This document shows, piece after piece, positions 48,775-50,000 of a DNA stretch of 50,000 nt. A program made the position numbers and the translations under genes. Source of the DNA: Chiloscyllium plagiosum (taxonomy: Eukaryota); assembly GCF_004010195.1 (NCBI RefSeq), contig NW_025214741.1, forward strand, positions 1 to 50,000. The letters run 5' to 3'. Below the pieces are notes generated by a model. The model made no database searches. It saw nothing but the letters and a program-made list of their open reading frames with translations, and had not been told where the DNA came from. Positions within the stretch are counted from its first letter, which is position 1. Every line of letters starts with the position of its first letter.

Positions 48775-50000
48775 GTGCAGTAGTCTAGTTTGCCTTCTTC
48801 CATCTCTCTGTTGAGAATCTGCTTAGATGGTCTCTTCTTGGAATTCTGAAGAAGTGGTCTCTCACAGCCTGTCTTATCACAATCAAAGCAAGAAGGCTAC
48901 CACATTAACAATGATGAGTCATTGTATGACAAAGGTAAGTCAATAATGATGAAATTCCTTATGGTGTCCTTCCAGTGTCCTGCTTTCCCAGGAGCTTTGA
49001 AATCTCACACCTCCAGGAGGACCAATTGGGTTGTCCAGAGTTAATCAAATTCTAAATGTGTTCCTTTGTGATTGATGCTGAGATAATATATCAGTCTGAC
49101 TGTTTCATTGGCTGTATCAACAAAGGCAGTAATGTGACTTCAGGATCCACATTACAGGTTTCTGTGTAAATTATTACAGATTAACCTAGTTTACAAGTTA
49201 TGTATTAAAGTTACACAGTCATGATACTTGCCAGAGTGCTGATGACAATAATTGCTGTACTACTAACATTGCCCCTCATTGGAATTGAGATAACTCAACA
49301 CTGACTAGGAATCAAATCTAGATCCATTTGATCAACACAGTTCAATATCAAATCAGTGATTCCCTCTAATTAAATGACCATTGGTGAACAGAAACAGCAG
49401 TGAAAGCGCAGGAATTAAAAAAACTCAAATACTGATAACTTAAGTTGTGTTCATAGCATTTAGAATGTGGCAATTATCAGATTACATTTCTCCTTCAAAG
49501 TTAATCTTTCATGATCTTATATTTACTTAGACCTTACACTTCATAGTAATAGTCAGAACACAAAGGACTCTGAATAAGGTTTCTATTTGCAAGGGAACAG
49601 ATTAGGATATCTGAAAAGAACTTGCAGTCCACTGTATATGATGTTTATATTGGTTGCAGGCCAAAGCTCAGTGAATGATAGAGAGCTAACTCATTTGTTT
49701 GAATAAGGACAATTCAGCATTGGCCAAGGTGAACTTGGGGCAGTTTGTCTATTGTGAACAGCAACTGCTCAACTTCAGTGGAAGTAAATATATACTCCCA
49801 TAATTTATATATATATATATACTTTTTTGTATCTTTTCCACTCATCCAGTGATAGAGTTCAGAAGCCAGGGAACTGGTTCCAAACCTCTTCCATCCTTTG
49901 CAAGACCACAAAACTACATTGCTGCTACCCTACTGTTCAAATTACACCACAAGCTACTCAGGGTATATTTCCCCGAATAATCAAATAAGTGAACATTGCA

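Noticed and set aside
33840..48788. Palindromic repeats as a CRISPR array or prokaryotic terminators
   Set aside because: The context is a vertebrate locus, there is no regular repeat-spacer periodicity, and the palindromes are TSD-flanked retroelement inversions.

Overview
Vertebrate (non-microbial) genomic DNA, most likely from a shark; this is inferred from the HE1/V-SINE, CR1, Penelope-like and Deu-type SINE content. The window holds most of one spliced gene on the minus strand, RAB3IL1 (GRAB, a Sec2-domain Rab GEF). It has a putative first coding exon (ATG TGG AAA CG|GTAAGT, 42489-42499), an intron of about 31 kb, then six phase-compatible coding exons (11052-10797, 9266-9171, 9028-8951, 6854-6639, 4707-4579, 3819-3707). 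The last exons were not found and probably lie beyond position 1. Two more frame-preserving candidate alternative exons are visible: a 117-nt hydrophobic cassette (5748-5632) and a 24-nt microexon (3610-3587) with a QKI-type element downstream. The rest is intronic or upstream DNA rich in decayed retroelements. The most unusual signal is a set of short Penelope-derived insertions with 11-15 bp target-site duplications. They carry minimal type I hammerhead-ribozyme motifs (CUGANGA-A-stem-GAAA-palindrome-UH), several as head-to-head inverted duplicates that form long hairpins. Hammerheads in Penelope-like elements are a known phenomenon, and activity of these copies is untested. I see no clear evidence of a wholly new system. 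Nearly all entries in the ORF track are spurious or repeat-derived.
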